Shown here: in pieces, positions 12,156 to 26,555 of the stretch | How the letters are laid out: every line of letters begins with the position of its first letter | Position numbering within the stretch: position 1 is the stretch's first letter | NCBI GenBank assembly: GCA_976551045.1 | Contig: CDPCPM010000142.1 | Location: 868,001 to 932,000, forward strand | Length of the DNA: 64,000 nucleotides | DNA from: Glaucostegus cemiculus | Taxonomy: Eukaryota | Direction of reading: 5' to 3' | The notes under the pieces: generated by a model | The model's database searches: none | What the model saw: only the letters and a program-made list of their open reading frames with translations | What the model was told of the DNA's origin: nothing | Position numbers and translations under genes: made by a program

Positions 12156-15078
12156 ATTCTTCCTCTTCCTGCTACTCCTGTTGCTCTTCTTCCTCTGTGG
12201 CAAACAGAGGCTGTCCTGTTATTATGGAAATCAAATGATTATCTGTAAAGTACTGCAAATCGTTGGCCAGGTGCTCCAGACTGTGGGGTTTTATTTTATT
12301 GACCCAGTGACGTTCTTCGCTACATTTCTGGTGGTTCTATGACTGGAGTTGTAATTATATTCCCTATCCCATCTGGGAGCCAGGAGTGGAACAAAGATCC
12401 ACAGCAAAATCCATACATCTGTCCAGCATAACAGGTGAAATTTAGAGGCCACTGCAGACAGCATCAGGATAAGTGAGTCAAGTGATCTTTCTTGGTTCAC
12501 AGAATTGAACATGAAATATTTTACGGTCTCACACACAGGGAATATGCAATTCTGTGATTCATGAAGGGCTCCAGCTTCATATGTGGAGTAAAGAGAGCCT
12601 TAAGCAATCTATGGAAAACCTGAAATCCTGGAAAATCTATATTCCCGCAATGCCTGCTGGTTTCTATTTATGATTAAGGAGATGTATTTCTCAGTCAGCT
12701 GAGAGCATCCATGGTGGTGAACTGCAACATAAATCAGCCACCATTATTTGGAATGTTCTGGAGGTTAGGAAGTCCTGGTACTGGTAATGGGCTGAAGACT
12801 AGCCCACAGACAATGACAGGTTCTTGTCACCAATGGCTTAGTTTCCCAAACCATTGCTCCTGAGACAATTGGAATTAGTAATTTCTAGTCTTCTGTTCTG
12901 TGCCCCAAGTGCAACCCCACCCTCATTCTCACCGAGTTTTTCTGGCCCTCTCCCTTTGGCATGTTGCCCTTACTTTGGGCCTTCTCCTCCTGCTCACTGG
13001 GACAGCTACATAAAGTACCCCTCATGTTGTAGCAGTAAAAGACTGCTGTGGCCTTAGTGCTCACACGAGACTCACAACAGTTGACTTCAACCCCATTAAG
13101 TGCAATGAGCTCTGCTCCAGCTAATCCCTTTTTTTTTAAAAAGAGCCTGCAAGTAGATGATGATCCCTTCAGATAGTGCAGGCGTGGGGCTGAACTGTTA
13201 GTTTATTGTGTGTTAGAAAAAGGAGGTAATTCTTTTTAAAAAAAAGTAAAACAAGTACTGAAGTAATCATTGGAGAGAGAATTGTGAGATTAGTCTTCTA
13301 CAATGCCTATGCCGCTTTAAGGTGATACAGGAAACACCTGCTTTAATGTGTGTGGGATCAGCACAGGTTGTTGTCTGCATGCCTGTGAATCAACTTCATG
13401 GTGGAAGGGCTGCCAGTTAGACACCACATATGGCATTGACATTACTCATGCATGGTCTTTGTGCCTCATGCAAGTGGGGGTCACCTGTAAGTAAGGATAC
13501 GATCAAAAGTCTCATCGTGTGCTGTGTGCAATCAATTCAATCAACAGCACATTAAAAACATAACACGTGTTCCACAAATACATTTCTAGGTTCAGCTGTC
13601 CTTAAGTATTCTAACCTTTAGCACATGCAATAATATCCTGCAACATTTTTTTCAAAATTATTTGACTTACTGTGCAATTTATGTTTGTTAAAGGAGTTCC
13701 CTGCTATTTTAAGTCTTGTGAGTCCCTTATGTGCTATATAATAGCAAAACATTAGTCAACCATTTATAAGAGTGTGAGGGAGTTAAGAAAGTGTGCTTTG
13801 AAGAGCAAAGAACTCAATCAACGAATGTTTATAACATATGTGTAAATTACTGCTATGTTTAAAAGGAACTCCTTCTGTCCCAGTCCATTACACAACTGTA
13901 GAATTGTCTCATTACTTCCAAGCTAAGTTTACAGTTAAAAAATACTTCTCGATATTGAAAGGAGATGTTGCCAATTACCAAAACATGTAATATGAGTCAA
14001 TTGGCTGTGGCTTCAGGATTGGGCACTTAGTATTGACTTGAGTGATAGTCTCAAAAGAAAATGTTGTTTCTTATTGTTCAGTTAGCGGTGGTATGGCTTT
14101 CTTGTGCCTTCTTAAAGTGGAATTAGTGTTGTAGAAGATAATACTAATTTCACTGTTTTCTTTCCAGTGATCACTTTAGTCTATCAGTTTTACTTTGTTT
14201 TTTCATAAAAAGTTGTTTCATACTGATAACACACAATAAAATAGCAGTTCAGCTTCCTTCCCCGTTCTAAATGTTTTAAATATTTTGCATATACAGTGTG
14301 CAGTGAATGTGAATAATCATTCATGCTGTGCTTTCAAAATCTGCTTGCTTTATTCGTTATCTTGTGAGAGTCATCAACATCATGTGTCACATTTTCCATT
14401 CGTATTATCTTTTTAGTTAATGTTCAATAAGAAGTGTAACCTCGGCTGTTTGTTCATAAACACATCTGGTTCAGCAGTTGTTTACTATAGCTGAAGTGGC
14501 CGTCAGCTTCTGTGTAGACACTTGCATATTTATTTTCTTTGTTTCCTGTACATTCTCATCTACACCTGGCAAGTGATGGAAAATGAAGCTTGTGTTAAAG
14601 TGTGGCCATTTATACTGTGTATTTTTTTTAAAGTTTCCATTTATTAATGCAACCTCTGGATTTTATCTATAGTTGTACAGCAGAATTATTCATGTGATAA
14701 TGCAAGTAATGTTATTTGCTTCTGGTTTTATTAACCTAATAATCAAAATGAGTAGTGCACTTTATCACTTATGCATTTTGTGTGTGTACTGAGTTTGTTC
14801 TAACTGGCAGAAGAGCAATGCAGCTGAGATTTGGTTGTGTATGTGTTTCAGATAGCAGTGTACTTTTTTTACAAAATTGAGGTAAAGTGGAGCTTTTTCT
14901 TTTTCTTCACATTACTATGTTATTCATAAAGGCCTTTGGGAGAAAAAAATGTGACCTCAAGAATAATTGAAAAGTAGGTGCTAGGTCTTCTGGTTATGTT
15001 TTTGAAACCATTGTCGCTATTTATTTATTATAAGGATTTCAACAGATCTTAGCAGGACATCTCTTTGCTGTTCTTAAA

Positions 15079-15329
15079 NNNNNNNNNNNNNNNNNNNNNN
15101 NNNNNNNNNNNNNNNNNNNNNNNNNNNNNNNNNNNNNNNNNNNNNNNNNNNNNNNNNNNNNNNNNNNNNNNNNNNNNNNNNNNNNNNNNNNNNNNNNNNN
15201 NNNNNNNNNNNNNNNNNNNNNNNNNNNNNNNNNNNNNNNNNNNNNNNNNNNNNNNNNNNNNNNNNNNNNNNNNNNNNNNNNNNNNNNNNNNNNNNNNNNN
15301 NNNNNNNNNNNNNNNNNNNNNNNNNNNNN
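15079..15329. other. 251-nt N-run about 0.7 kb upstream of the FOXP2 exon
   Basis: Seen directly. The flanks are unique sequence. Confidence 0.95.
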
Positions 15330-16019
15330 CCGAAGAAGGACAGTATTAAATGTTTTAAATGTCACAAAAATAAATGAATATCAGCCAGTAGATTTAAAAC
15401 CAGCCAATATCTGTGATGTTTTCTGCAAGGGCTTTTTTCTTTAAATGCCTTTGAGGCAAAATTTTATTTAGTCACCCAAAAAGGAATCCCTTTGCTCTAT
15501 TTATCACAGGCTGATGCTATATGATTTGTAACTCCCTTACAAAATTTTAATTTAGTATGATTAGCTGTGCATCATTAAACAACAGTCTTTCATAAAGAAT
15601 GCTGTAAAATACTGACAGAATCAAGATACTGAATATTTTAAATAAGCTATAGTCACACACAATTGTCGAAGCTGGATAATACTGCATGAAACATAGAGTA
15701 TGAACTTGTGCTTTCAGTTTGAGGTGTTTTTAAATAGAAAGACTAAAACCATAACAATTAATGTGTTTCTATTTTTATCATGTAATTTTCCTCAATTTAA
15801 AGTATTTTGCTGATCAGAAAAGTATAAGGTAAGTACATTTACTGAAAATGTAATAATGGTTAGCTTATAAATACTTTAAAAAAAGCAAGGCAATTATTTA
15901 AGGCATTTATTTGTTGGAAGACTGTACCATGCTTTTCCCTTCTGTTCTGGGACTGCCTCTGTAATTGGCAGAATGGGACCATCTTGATAATGGAAGTGTA
16001 AAGGTGTAATGAGAGTGTT

Positions 16020-16191
16020 NNNNNNNNNNNNNNNNNNNNNNNNNNNNNNNNNNNNNNNNNNNNNNNNNNNNNNNNNNNNNNNNNNNNNNNNNNNNNNNNN
16101 NNNNNNNNNNNNNNNNNNNNNNNNNNNNNNNNNNNNNNNNNNNNNNNNNNNNNNNNNNNNNNNNNNNNNNNNNNNNNNNNNNNNNNNNNNN
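16020..16191 (+). other. FOXP2: 172-nt N-run inferred to hide the acceptor, ATG (about 16056) and most of FOXP2 exon 2
   Basis: The run ends inside a FOXP2 codon. Human exon 2 has 56 codons (MMQESATETISN...EVSTVELLHLQQQQ) plus about 10 nt of UTR. The missing ~146 nt plus an acceptor fit within 172 nt. Confidence 0.75.
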
Positions 16192-16223
16192 CAGTAGAAC
16201 TGCTACATCTGCAACAACAGCAG
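16192..16223 (+). CDS. FOXP2: Forkhead box protein P2, visible 3' end of first coding exon (exon 2)
   Basis: nca gta gaa ctg cta cat ctg caa caa cag cag = (T)VELLHLQQQQ, then a phase-0 donor GTAAGT at 16224. This matches the end of FOXP2 exon 2 as I recall it; FOXP4 reads ELLHFQQQQ and FOXP1 differs. Confidence 0.9.
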
Positions 16224-19200
16224 GTAAGTTTTGTTTTCCCTAAGACCTTCTTATTTTATATTTCATCACATTTTTCTTATTAACGATCAGAAAAGCTTTT
16301 TTCCCCATAGGATTATAACATGTATTTTGAGTGCTTTCAGTGATTCTAATCTATAGTGCTGAAAACAATTTTCACATTCATTATACTCCAGTATTCAGAC
16401 ATTCTTCTGGCTGACTGTAGTAGCATGACATTTTATTATGATAATGCATTTTCATTGATAGGTATCTACCTACTTAATTTGAAATAAAGTAATTCTAATC
16501 GGCTTTGTTATTTATTAATCTTCAGTTTTTTCTTGGGACTTCTGTTGTAATATGTTATTTTCCACCAGAGGGCCACATTATTTGATTTCTCACCTCCTTG
16601 CAACATAAACTGAAAGTGTTTGTTCTGAAGTAAAGAAGGTTCACTGTTGTGTTGTATTGCCTTGCAAAATTATTTTAAGTGAAGGAATAGAGTCTGTTTT
16701 AATGGTGGGCAAGTTTCAGAGAATGGTGGGTGTGGGAGTAGATGCAGGAGCAGGAGAGATTTTGAAATCCATCTACTAGATTGAGTTACAGGCCAGAGAA
16801 CTTAGAAGTCTCAGCTGTCATTTAAATGCTGCCATTCATACCTTTGGGCAAGAAAAGGAGCCAGCAACTGCTAATGAGGAAAGAGTAGATTGCCTCTGCC
16901 AGGTGCAAGGCTGTCTAACAGTGGCATAGTTGGAGCATGAGGAGAGCATGGCAGGAAGGATGAAGAGGAATCTGAGGTGGTTAGATCTTGACTATCCTCA
17001 TGGGCCTGAAGAAACAAGTCTGCTTCTCCTGGTTTCACAAAGGAAATGCAGAGATCTTCTGATCTGTTTGAGATTGAAAGGAAATCATTGCAATCTCCTT
17101 GCTCAAAAACTCCTAATTAAAATATAATCAAGGCCCTGTTGACATACTGAACACAAATGTTCAAAAATTCATGTGGTTGCCCACTCCATCCCTCCTCTTG
17201 CTCTTGGGTGGATTCTTTATTCAGCTGCAGAACTATGTAGACTGAAATTGGAATTTGCAGAAAACAGTACCAAGCAAATAACCAAACTATTAGTTTTTTA
17301 CTGCCCAATCTGCTTCCAGATGGGTAAGTTTAAAATTGGCTCCAACATGATCTATGAACATTAAAATAATTATTTGCTTTAACTCATTTTGGTAAAGTGA
17401 ATAAAGTTATCATTCAAAAGGTAATGATCACAGGGACCTGAAATATTTAAGTTTTCAGTAATGCACAATACAACTGAATTGCTGCATATTTATTTAAATT
17501 CTTCCAATCTAAGAGGAAATATAGACAAAAATTGTAAGTTATGCAGCATAGAGCATGTTAGACAAAATAATTTTGTTTGTAGTATTCTGGATTCTAGAGA
17601 TACAGTATTTACTGTGTGGATTCTACAATAGTCAATTGAAATTAAATGGTGCTTAATTGTTATGAAGAAATGGCAGACACTGAATTCTCCTTTCCATTAC
17701 AAAGACAAATAAAAATTATTTCTTGAAGCAGGTTAGTGTATTTGCAACATATATAACCAAGAAGAAGTGCCCCTATTGGGTGCAACAGAAATTTAGGTGA
17801 AAAATTAAAATGTAGATGTCTTTTTGAGTCCCATCATTACAGTACAGTCTTGATTGGATAGATATTTGCATGTGTCAAGTTTCCCCAATATTCTACCATC
17901 CATTCATAATGATTATATAGTGATCTCTTTGAAAACATAATATATTTTGGTATGTAGTTCACAGCATTTATCAGGTTTTAATTCACTATAATTTAATATT
18001 TAGTTGTAAATGACATATATTATAGATCAGACTAGTTTAGATTGAGTGGAGCATCTTGGAAATTTTAGCTATTACTTTTTTCAGATTTTCTGTGGTGATA
18101 ATCAATTATTGTTACAAAAATTTCAATTCAATCTACAAACTAATCGGAACACTTCATCCTATGATATTTATATCTTGACTGATGGAAGTGAAACGGTTGT
18201 GTAGATTGTTTCTGCTACATTCGAAGAAAGTGAAGCGAAAGGCAAATTATCTGTATAAATTTATTTAATAATAAGGTATCACTGATATTGATTACGTGAA
18301 CTACTGTGTTGTATGTACTATATTTTTGACATTATAATGTCTTTCATTTCAAAACACTTGGTTATTTTTCCAATTTTGGTCAATAAAAGGTGCAGGACTT
18401 GCTTATAGAAGAGACAATAAAATCAACACAATCTTAAATGTACTAAGTTGCAAGCTATGTTTCAATTTTGCTATGATGCTCAAGCGTAAGAAGTGATGTA
18501 GGGGCATGCGCCACACATAAGGTGAGGAGACGTACTTAAGGCTAACTAGTTTGGTTTTTAGCTTGTTACTCTGCAAAATAAAATATTCTCCTACTGAATA
18601 TAGATAGGTTAGTTGATCTGACCAGATTAGCAGAATGTCACTTCTGTACAAAAGGCTTTATGTCTACGTTCTGAATGGAAAGGAGAAGCAATAATTAGGT
18701 AGGTTATAATTTGATAAACTAGTTGGTTTGACAGAAAAAAAAACTGTCTAGTGCAAAAACATAAGTAAAACTGCACTCTCCAAATTAAAACTATCTATTA
18801 TAATCACAATCATTGTAAAAAGGTGGGAAAAGTTTAATTCAAGTCAAAAATCATTCATGTTTGGTTGCAATCACAAAATAGTGAAACTGCCGACCTTTTA
18901 CTCATAGGAAAGATTAGTTCCACTGGAAAAAAGAAACATACATTTGTGTCACTTGAAAACAAAGTGGCACATTGATGTGATGGTATTAGGCTTAATGCCT
19001 GAAAGAAAACTGTCTATAAGTAATGAGAATATTTCTATTTCAAGGAAAACAATGAAACCGTTACTTAATGCACTTTCCTTGTTTCATCTTTTAAGTGTTT
19101 CAGAATGCCACTTTGTCAGCAGATTTATGTAGCCGTCCTGGAGGTTGGGGAGATGCACAGCTATAACATGAAACACAGTCTGTTTTGATGAGTTTGCACA

Positions 19201-20623
19201 TGCGTGTTACCTGAATTAGTTGTTGTAAAATATTTACAGAATAGTCTGAAATCACTTTGAACCAAAGTATTTGTGTTCACATGTGAACAGTGATCATGAC
19301 CTTGAGAAAATAATATAAAAGATCCTGGTTATCAGTTTAGACAGCTAGGTTAAAAGGAATAAAGGAAAAAGTCTCTTCTTTCTAATGCTGTTCACTTGGC
19401 ATCTACACCCACCACCTGAGTTTAATTCAAAATCATGACAAGACCACTCTGCTGTGTATTGTTCAGTCTTGCGAAGAAACCCTCTGGTTCATGTTTCATT
19501 TTCTACTTTTATAAGATTCAACTAATATATTTATGCTTTTGCAAACTTTAAGTATGTTTATGATTCTCCTCAATATCAGACCCTATTTCCACTCCCTAAT
19601 ATAGTCAACCATATTGGATAACCAGGGAAATGACATCCATTTTTTCAACTAATTTTATATTGTGACAGAAAATTTTTTGTCAAATATATGTTTTATGCTA
19701 ATTAATATTTTCTTCCCTGTCGATGAAAATAAACTGGCTTATATGTGAAAAGTCTTCTAATAGTGAAATAGTTCCCACACCAAAGAAAACAAAGATATGC
19801 AAAAATGTCAGATAAAAAGGATCAGATGTTAAATCTACCCTTGTATATTCCAGAGGCTCCTTTCTGAAGCAGTGCCGGAGCCTCCTGCCCCTACACCACT
19901 CACAGGTGCCATGTCGTAGCTTTGAAAAAGCAAAATATACCAAAAGCTCACAGCTAATTAGGAGGAACAAAAAATGAAGAATTTGTCTTTAATCCCTCTA
20001 GATGATTGATACTAACCCAGGAGGCCACATTGACAAAGGCATATCTCTGGTATAAGATGATCACTACTTTAATTAGAAAGTGGTACATTTCTCCCTTGAA
20101 GGTATACAGCACAAGATAGTAACTTTATTTATATTAGGCCTGGAAAAATACTTCTCCCAGTTCTGCAAAATAATTTAATACTTGCCTGCTGAGCTCCTCC
20201 TTGGCTGATCCAGTAGCTGATATTGAGTGGAACATGCACAGTATGTACTCTATAGTCCTGTACATTAATTTGTAATTTTAAAGGATCTTCTCCTCACTCA
20301 AGTAGACACCCCAGTCATTTAATGGTAAGCCTCACAAAGGATGGAATGGGCACATTATTAGCAAGAGAAGACTGGAAGTCATTCCTCACAATTTTGTCTG
20401 TCCATCTACCCTGTCTCAATTGGGTGTGAAGCTTCAAATTATCAAACAATAAAAGAAGTTCCACAGTGCTGTAATCTGCCACATATATTCCCAAAGTTTT
20501 CTTGGAAGCTAGCAGAAAGTTTGGGCATTTGTCTTTCTTGAGCTGCCTTCTAGCCTCAGGTAATACTGCTGAGCTGTTGAAATGGATACCTGACTTAGTT
20601 TGAGGAGCCATGCTTAAGATCAT

Positions 20624-21130
20624 TAGAAGAACATACAAATTAGGAACAGGAAACAGCCATTAAACACTTTGAGACTGCTAGGTGATTTGATATAATCATG
20701 GTGGATTTGATTTTTGCTTCAATTCCACTCTCCTGCCTGTTCCCTGTAACCTTTGACAACCCTGTTGACCCAAAATCTGCCTCTGCATTGAATATATTTA
20801 GATATACATATTTATTATGTTTGCAAATCATCTACATCAAAATCATATTGGAAATTATTCTTGGTTCCTTTCTATTTTGCATCTTCATTAATGATCTGAC
20901 AGATGGCATCAAAATGAAATTGTTCTCTTTGTGGGCAACACCACCCTATAGAGAGTAGTTTAGTTTTTAAATAAAACCAAGCAGCATCTAAATCACTGCA
21001 GGTGAAGTAGACAAAGTTAGATGGTGGGTGGACAAATGATGTACATCTTTAGTGCTGACGAGATCCAAGTCATAGCTCTGTCAAGGAAGATTGATCATAA
21101 TGGTGCCCACCTATCTACACTCCGTTAGAT
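20624..21130. mobile_element. Decayed CR1 pieces (3' tail on -, RT fragment on +)
   Basis: aacatacaaattaggaacaggaaacagccatt is a reverse-complement CR1 terminus. ORF 20698-20958 has LG..LFCIFINDL.DGI (RT motif). Confidence 0.55.
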
Positions 21131-24100
21131 AGTGAGCTCTCTTCTGTCATAGAAATTCACCTGCTTCATATTGCAATTATACTGGATCTACATGAGAAAA
21201 AAACAAGTATTAAAACTGGCTGAATAAAGTAGCATTACAGTTTTAATAATGTCTTTCATTGTCACTTGCCAATGTGAATAGTTCTGTGAACCCCACATAA
21301 ATCAGATCACAGGTTCTTATTGGCCAGTGCATCATGCTGCAAAGAAATCCTTATTTTATCCTGAAATCCATAGATTCAGATTATGGACTTGGTAAATATG
21401 GATTATTCCATGCCATTCAATAATGTCCAGTGCCAGAGATTTGTGGTAGGTTTTTAGTCTTTTGTATAACTGAAGTCACATCTTAACATCTACTTGTACA
21501 AATGTTCCTGCTTACGCTGGGCATACACATAACTTTCTTGTCTTGAATTTCTTAATAGTGAATGACATTTTAATCAAGCCACATTTTTTTTGCCAAGTTC
21601 AAGCTAATTAACACAAGGTTCACAAGAGCAACAGTACATGCCACAGGCCAGGAAATAAAACACCTTAATTTTTCAGATATATACTAGTAAATACTAAAGG
21701 ATGAAATAGGACAAATAAGAGAGAGAGTTGGGTATCTGTTGGCAGAAATTTGCTCAAAATATAACCCACGCGATGTGGAGGAAGTACTTCCATCTATTGC
21801 CACACAATCCACTCAGAGCAGACAAAGTAACAAGCTGTGTGCTTTCAGTTTTCTTCCTTGCTGGTAGCATATTTCAACTTTAAAATAAGTCTTAGAACTA
21901 ACATTTCACAGTGCACTCTGGTTAAGGCTTGAAGAATAAATAGGGCAGTAAATCCAAGACCTTAGCTATATTACTATAAGATATTCCAACAATAAACATT
22001 GACTTGAATAGCTCTGTACATTTTTCTCCATTTTAGCAGAGTGATATCATTACATCTCTACGCCACACAAGGCACACATTAGTTAATTGCTGTCCTTAGT
22101 TAATTTGAATAATATTGTTGTAGGATAAATGACACTGTGCCCTTGACATAGGCCTTACAGTGAGCACTAGGTTAATGACTGAACATGAACACACACTTCA
22201 TATTGTTCACCTAATGCACTTCATCGCCACAAATGTCCATTAACTTTTTACCCAATCCTAAGGAGGTAATGCTCAGTTTTAGCAATTACACTAACTCAGG
22301 ATTAAAGTAGGAAAAGATGATTTTGAAGAGCAACAATAAGACATACATAAGTTTTTCTCATCAAATATCTGATATGGGGGAGTGCGTGGATCTTGTCCTC
22401 CATTCAAATACTCTCCGTCTGGCCTCTCGTCTCTCTGTTAGCCCATGGGACACAGACCTGAACAGATATGGAACATATCTAGTTTAACCATTCACCACTC
22501 GTTCCCGCTGTACCACATAAACTACTGACAGCCTCTGTTCTCATCAACCCTAATGACTCATTGTTGCAGGAGTATAAGGATAGCCCTGCTCTCTCTTCTC
22601 AATTGGAAAACATTTTCTTCAAACCTTTTCCTCCAGTTTACCCTCCAACAACATATTTTGGGAACTTATGGACTTTGTCACTTGTATTGAGATTGGCCCA
22701 GAACTTGCAGTGTGGTAAGCCACCCTCAAATGCCACTGATCTGTTTGGTGAGTTCAGACTTACTACTTACTGCTCAAAGCCATCCTGAATCAAAATTACT
22801 TGGGAGTCATAAAATATTCACTCAAATTAGTGAGTCTGAGAACCTTCGGGCTGGTATAATTTGGCGTTAGTTTTGAGGACAGATTCACTTATGTATGTTC
22901 TGGCTGATCCAACAATGGGTGTGCAGGTCCTGAGCCAAGTCCAACATGGTGTAGATTCTGGGAACAGATTTCCCAAATAACGTTCCCAGCAAATTCTGGG
23001 TTCTGTTCAACTGTGATTGCTGCTTACGTTCTTTCTCTTGTCCCCCTAAGTCAAAATTTACAGTTCCTCCCAGTCCTACTCCTTGTTAAGAATAAAGAAA
23101 ATAATTTTATGAGACAGTATTATTCATTGTAGTTTTATTCTAGTGTAAATAGAGGGAATGTTAGAGCAAACTAGTATGCATTATGTTGTGTGATGTGTTG
23201 TGTTATAATTTTAACATTTCACATAGATTTTCAAAGAAAAAATAAACACTAATTAAAATCTGTGAAGTATGTGTGGATATGAAGTTTATTTTCTGTAAAT
23301 TATATCATTCAAAGTGGAGTAAATTTAGAAGCCATCAGGGAGAGCCCTGTGTAACGTTGCAGGTGCTTGGCACATGCTGATATGCATGAAACAATTATTT
23401 AGATTTTACAAAGTCCCTGTTGGAAATCACACACCCTGTACCTGAGGGATCTGTAACCATACCTAAGTTGCTTGATGGCAACTGACGTCCAAGAAGCAGC
23501 TTGGAGAATATAATGGTGTAAAAATCTGCTTACAATGATTCATTCCCTCCCCACCAGAGAAGGCTAAAAAAAAATCAGAGACATAATTTATTTCAAAGAT
23601 AAACATGTATGTTCAGTAACTCATTCCACAGGGACTATGTAGTTCTCATCTGATCATGTGATTGGTCACGGCTGAGATAAGTGAGTTACATGGAGGTTGT
23701 TAGTCCAGAGTGTTGTTTGGTTGCATTTTGGATTCAAGAGGAAAGTTCAAAGAGCTTCATTTAGAGGTTATAGCAATAGTTTGTTGAGATTGAATTGTTG
23801 GATAAAATGTATGATTGAGTAGATTGACAAATACTTGTTAGTGCACGATGAGTCAAACAAATTATTCTTTGCCGCATAGCCACACATGACCTAATTTTGT
23901 ACCTTCTTATAATTTCAAATTTTGCTCAGATTGAAGTTGGTTGGAAATGCAGTGCTTCGCTGTTCCCAAGCATCCACCCACCCATCCATGATTTTCTTTA
24001 GCCAAAGTGCTCGTGTAATATTTTGGTGTGAATTACTTTGACAAGACTATTTCAGTAAAACGAATATGTTTGCAGGAAACTAGTTAGTGGCTACATAAGA

Positions 24101-24939
24101 ACTGAATGTGTCGGTAATTCATATTGTCAGTCTTGGTGATGTTTGTTTTGCTGTGGTCTGTCACATCTCACTGAAGTTTAGTTTTAGACATGTGAAGGTG
24201 ATAAATTGTCTTTAAAAGGCCACTAAAATCTTTGACTGTATTTGGCAATAGATTTGATTTCCTTTGCTGAACTGGTTCAGGGAAAACAAATATAAACCAA
24301 ATATGTGCAGTTTTATGTTTGATGATGTTAATATGTTTGATGTTTAATGACATAGATATTTTCCTGTCTGTTGTGTATTACTCAAAGATCAAAATCCTAA
24401 AGAAATAGATACATTGTACAAAATGAATCTTAAAATTTTGGATGATGCTTCAGAAATTAAAAAATAACATTATTTTAAGTTGTTGAACTGAAAATCATTA
24501 AATTTTCTTGTATAATAAACCCAGAAAAAGATAACTACCAAGTTTTCCTTCAAAATATGCAATATATTATACTTGTCATAGAACTTTATTTCAATGTATT
24601 ATTGTAAGTCTTTATGACTTGACACTTCCTTGCTACAAAATTTATTTCATGTTCTTATGATTTTTTTCTTTTGCTTTTGTGTCAAGAGTAACTATTGTCA
24701 ATTGTGCAACAATTTTCCGTTCAGTTTTGCTATAGCATTTGGCATGTTGCAGTTGTCTATGACTCTGTGAAGAGATTTTCTTATTTATGTCACCATCTAT
24801 ATATATTTTCAGAACTGTGCACTCAATAAGGGGCCATGGTCGGCATGAGAGTATAATCATGCATGTCAAGTTTGTTTCTTGTTTCGGTAATAAGTAGTGT
24901 TCAGGAATTTATAATAGAGAAAGTGATTGAGGAAAGTAA

Positions 24940-25460
24940 AAATATAACAAATCGGAGCATACTGTCCCCATGATTCCAAGCCCTGTGTATTATTTATTGT
25001 GATCATGGCTTATCCTGCCCCACATCCACTTCTGCCCCAATTCCCTATTCTCCTGATTCTGTTAGTGTCCTAAAATATATCGTTATCAATCCTGAATATA
25101 CCCAATGATAGATCATTTACTGATCTTTGCTTCAGAAAATCCCATGGATTGAAAAATGGTCAACACTTTTTCTTCACAGCATGTTCCCTGGTTTTAGGTT
25201 TTCTGGCTCAAGAAGAGTGCCTGTCAGTGCCAATCCCCTCAAAGTCCTGCATGTCACAATGAGCTCCATTGTCAGCATTCTGATCTTCAGTGAATACCAG
25301 CACTAGTTTAGATCTATTTAAGAAGAAGGTTGATAAGCAAATGGGGAAAAAGGAATTAGTGATGGATGCTGATAGTTGAGGGAGTGTTGCAAGAGAATGC
25401 GAAAGCTAATGTGAGCTGGTTGGGTTAAATGGCCTGTTCTTATGCTGCATATGCTGTGCA
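24940..25460. mobile_element. Highly decayed CR1 remnants
   Basis: A CR1 terminal motif (gggttaaatggcctgttcttatgctg) lies at about 25420-25447, with minus-strand CR1-UTR-like sequence upstream. Confidence 0.4.
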
Positions 25461-26454
25461 TGGAGAAACTAAACTAGGATTTTTTTGTTGTTGTCATTAC
25501 TTCAACTCCAGTATATTTTCATTTTACTGAAATATTCATTTGCAATTACTTCAAGAAGAGCAAGTTTCTGTCAAAACATTTTATTTCCAAGAAAACTGTC
25601 AACACTTCTTATTATATAAAAATTGTCTCACTTAGTATAACACCAGCATATTATTTGTCCAAGAAAACTACTTTCCATACTTTTCAGGGATGTATACTTG
25701 TTAAGAGTTGAACATGAACAAATGTGAATTTCTGTATACTTTAAAATATTTTATGTAGACTCGTTTTATGCTTTGCCATTGGGGAGGTTTATTATTCTTG
25801 GGGCAGTAGGGTCATACATGGCATAGGGATGGAGTCATTTAGGTAAAATGGCATCATTTAAATAATGAGCTCTCCAAAATAGATGCATTGTTTTCTAAAT
25901 ATGTGAAGTCTGGAATGAGGTTTTGTAGTTCTTGCAATAGCACAAAAAAAACTTGTACACTTCCTGTATTCAGGAGAGGATTTTTAGTCTTTGTTTTCAA
26001 TGTGACAGAGAACAAGGCCAGAGTCAGAGCCCTAGAGGTAACTTCTTAGGAGTCAGTAAAGTGAAGCCTTAGTTTGGATGAACAAACTGAAGCAAGCTAA
26101 ATGGGTCACATGTGAATGGATAGTAATGCAGTTCAGCACAGTTTTTGTACTGAGCAGAACCTCAGCTCAGATATGCATGATATTTAACACACTGAAGAGG
26201 TTTGCCTTGTCAAATGTAAGTACCACTGGAACACCAGGAAGGAATTGTGAGAGAGTGGTTTACAGTTACCCTTGGCTACCGAGTTCAGAACTGTTGCTAG
26301 AAATGACTAGCATACAAATGAATATTGTTTTTCCTGCACTGTAATTTTATTGTTCCCTTTGAGAATTCATGAAATAATCTGCAAGGTGTGGCAGCTAGTC
26401 CTGCAAATACAGCAAGAAGTAATTGCCCTGGGAACTGGGCTCCCTTGTTCCAAA

Positions 26455-26555
26455 AATAAAACGCTACAGATGTTGGAAATCTGGAACTGAAACAGAAAAT
26501 TTGAAAATACTCAGGCCAGGCAGCATCTGTGGAGACCTAAACAGAGTTAATAAAC
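26455..26555 (-). mobile_element. Penelope-like element terminal fragment
   Basis: cagatgttggaaatctgg..aacagaaaat..aaatactcagg..caggcagcatctgtggaga is homologous to the end of the GIY-YIG element at 58045-58812. Confidence 0.6.

Noticed and set aside
13155-13195. C/D-box snoRNA (gatgatga ... ctga)
   Set aside because: The boxes are only about 35 nt apart, too short for a snoRNA, and there is no terminal stem.
1-16019. FOXP2 non-coding exon 1 / promoter
   Set aside because: I could not recognise sequence matching the mammalian exon 1 or a CpG island. It may lie upstream of the window or inside a masked run.
22380-22800. Possible additional decayed retroelement
   Set aside because: Composition looks TE-like, but I could not read a diagnostic motif.
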